Below are positions 61,006-62,254 of a stretch of 62,254 nucleotides of DNA, piece after piece; the first letter of the stretch is position 1; the number at the start of each line of letters is the position of its first letter. The notes below the pieces were generated by a model. That model ran no database searches. It saw only the letters and a list, made by a program, of their open reading frames with translations, and had not been told where the DNA came from. The stretch covers positions 62,001 through 124,254 of the IMG/VR virus record IMGVR_UViG_2897118514_000003. One strand, given 5' to 3'. Both the position numbers and the translations under genes were made by a program. This DNA comes from an uncultured virus (IMG/VR IMGVR_UViG_2897118514_000003). Lineage: Duplodnaviria > Heunggongvirae > Uroviricota > Caudoviricetes.

Positions 61006-62254
61006 ATGATTTATGTCCCCCAGTAAGTCCAGCTCTGTAAAGTGCAGTTCCTGCAGATGTATAAGAAACTGCTCTCAGAATCGCTTTTGATCCATATTTG
61101 CTTCTAATCCCATCCATGACAAACCCAAGTTTCCTTCTCTTTTCATTATCCACTTCAAATAAACTCAACTGTTGATTAACATCATCCTCAATATTTGATA
61201 ACGTAACTGAGATACTTCTCACTGTTTTTCCCGAGTAAAACTTATTAAAAAGCATCAAGCAGCATTTATAAATATCCATCGTGATATTTGTGGGAAGCTC
61301 AATTGTTTTAGATCGATGAAATCCGCCACCAAGCTCATCTTTACTGTAACCAATTCCCAGGCTAATTGTTCGACCAACTTTGTTGTGTGTACGAGCCCTT
61401 CTTGCGACTTCTTCACAAATCTCCAGAAGAACAGCCTTAATCTCTTCTCTCCTTGTGTAATCCCTCAGTAAAATCTGACTCTTACCGAAACTAATCTGCC
61501 CCTGCATCAATGGAGCACCTATTTCAGATAAATCGATTCCATGGGCATGATAATACAACTGGTTCCCCATTATTCCAAATTTCTTCTCAAGTAGCTCTAA
61601 TGGAAATTTGGCTAACTGACCTACTGTTGATATTCCCATCCGATTCAGATTTCTTTCCATCCTCCCTCCTATCCCCCACATTTTTGACAACGGATGAACA
61701 TTCCAGAGTTTATTTGGCACATCTTCATATCTCCAACGTGCAATACCACTCTTCGTTTTCTTACTTTCCAGGTCAAGCGCAAGCTTACTTAGCAACATAT
61801 TGTCTCCAATGCCTACAGTACACATCAAACCGAACTCTCTCCACATACTGCTTTGAATTGCTTTGGCCATTTCTTCAGGATCTTCTTTTCCTGCATCTAA
61901 AAAAGATTCATCAATTGAATACGTATGAACACATTTTTCTGGCACAAATCTGTAAAACAGCTTTGTAATCTCAGTTGAAACTCTGATGAAAAGCTTCATT
62001 TGCGGATTTACAATGTGTATTCTTGGATCTTCAGGTATCTCGAACAATCTCGACCCTGTTTTGATTCCAAAATCTTTTTTAAGTGCAGGAGATGCAGCTA
62101 ATACTACACTTCCCTGTCTCTCCGTATTCCCTACAACGGCAAGATAACATGTTAAAGGATTAAGCCCCCTTGTTACAGCCGATACAGAAGCATAAAAGGA
62201 TTTCATATCGACACAAAGTATATTCTTTCGTGGAAATTGTGAGTAATCAATCAT
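61004..62254 (-). CDS. uvrX: UvrX Y-family DNA polymerase
   Basis: CVDMKSFYAS, YSIDE, WGIG; 416 aa. Confidence 0.93.
   Translation of the reverse strand: MIDYSQFPRKNILCVDMKSFYASVSAVTRGLNPLTCYLAVVGNTERQGSVVLAASPALKKDFGIKTGSRLFEIPEDPRIHIVNPQMKLFIRVSTEITKLFYRFVPEKCVHTYSIDESFLDAGKEDPEEMAKAIQSSMWREFGLMCTVGIGDNMLLSKLALDLESKKTKSGIARWRYEDVPNKLWNVHPLSKMWGIGGRMERNLNRMGISTVGQLAKFPLELLEKKFGIMGNQLYYHAHGIDLSEIGAPLMQGQISFGKSQILLRDYTRREEIKAVLLEICEEVARRARTHNKVGRTISLGIGYSKDELGGGFHRSKTIELPTNITMDIYKCCLMLFNKFYSGKTVRSISVTLSNIEDDVNQQLSLFEVDNEKRRKLGFVMDGIRSKYGSKAILRAVSYTSAGTALYRAGLTGGHKS

Larger units (their letters stand above)
1..62254. mobile_element. Internal segment of an SPbeta/phi3T-like prophage (both att ends outside the window)
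   Basis: Gene order aimR-yop-yon-yom-blyA-uvrX matches SPbeta; YonO RNAP, CwlP tape measure and arbitrium genes present; no host housekeeping genes. Confidence 0.97.

Noticed and set aside
1..62254. tRNA or rRNA genes
   Set aside because: No cloverleaf with TTC loop or rRNA-like stretch recognised by eye; a tRNAscan run on 19912-21570 would confirm

Overview
This window is about 62 kb of an SPbeta/phi3T-like Bacillus prophage; no host chromosome genes are visible. Left arm (minus strand): a complete arbitrium module (aimR, aimP encoding SASRGA, and a phi3T-type protein aimX), an accessory block with two putative HEPN proteins, an LPD29 + DUF4942-type methyltransferase pair, yonV-like helicase and the yonT/yoyJ/SR6 type I toxin-antitoxin locus. 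Centre: an ORF-poor, strand-skewed region, then the single-subunit RNA polymerase yonO, split by a 400-nt ORF-less group I intron, then HU and a 1.67-kb non-coding region dense in hairpins and pseudoknots. Right arm (plus strand): late operon yonK to yomE (terminase, portal, capsid, tail, yomM tyrosine recombinase, cwlP tape measure, tail spike), a free-standing HNH gene, lysis genes, a rap-phr pair whose phr is interrupted by a defective IS256, and uvrX. Best unexplained signals: (1) a WTAAAA-N6-TTTTAT palindrome with all-different 6-bp cores at gene boundaries, one abutting the yomM stop codon, suggesting a cassette recombination system; (2) the long structured RNA region with tandem H-type pseudoknots; (3) the intron in yonO; (4) a strand-biased CTCCCCT motif. 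Gene names rest on remembered SPbeta synteny, sizes and motifs, not on database searches; motif scans were by eye.
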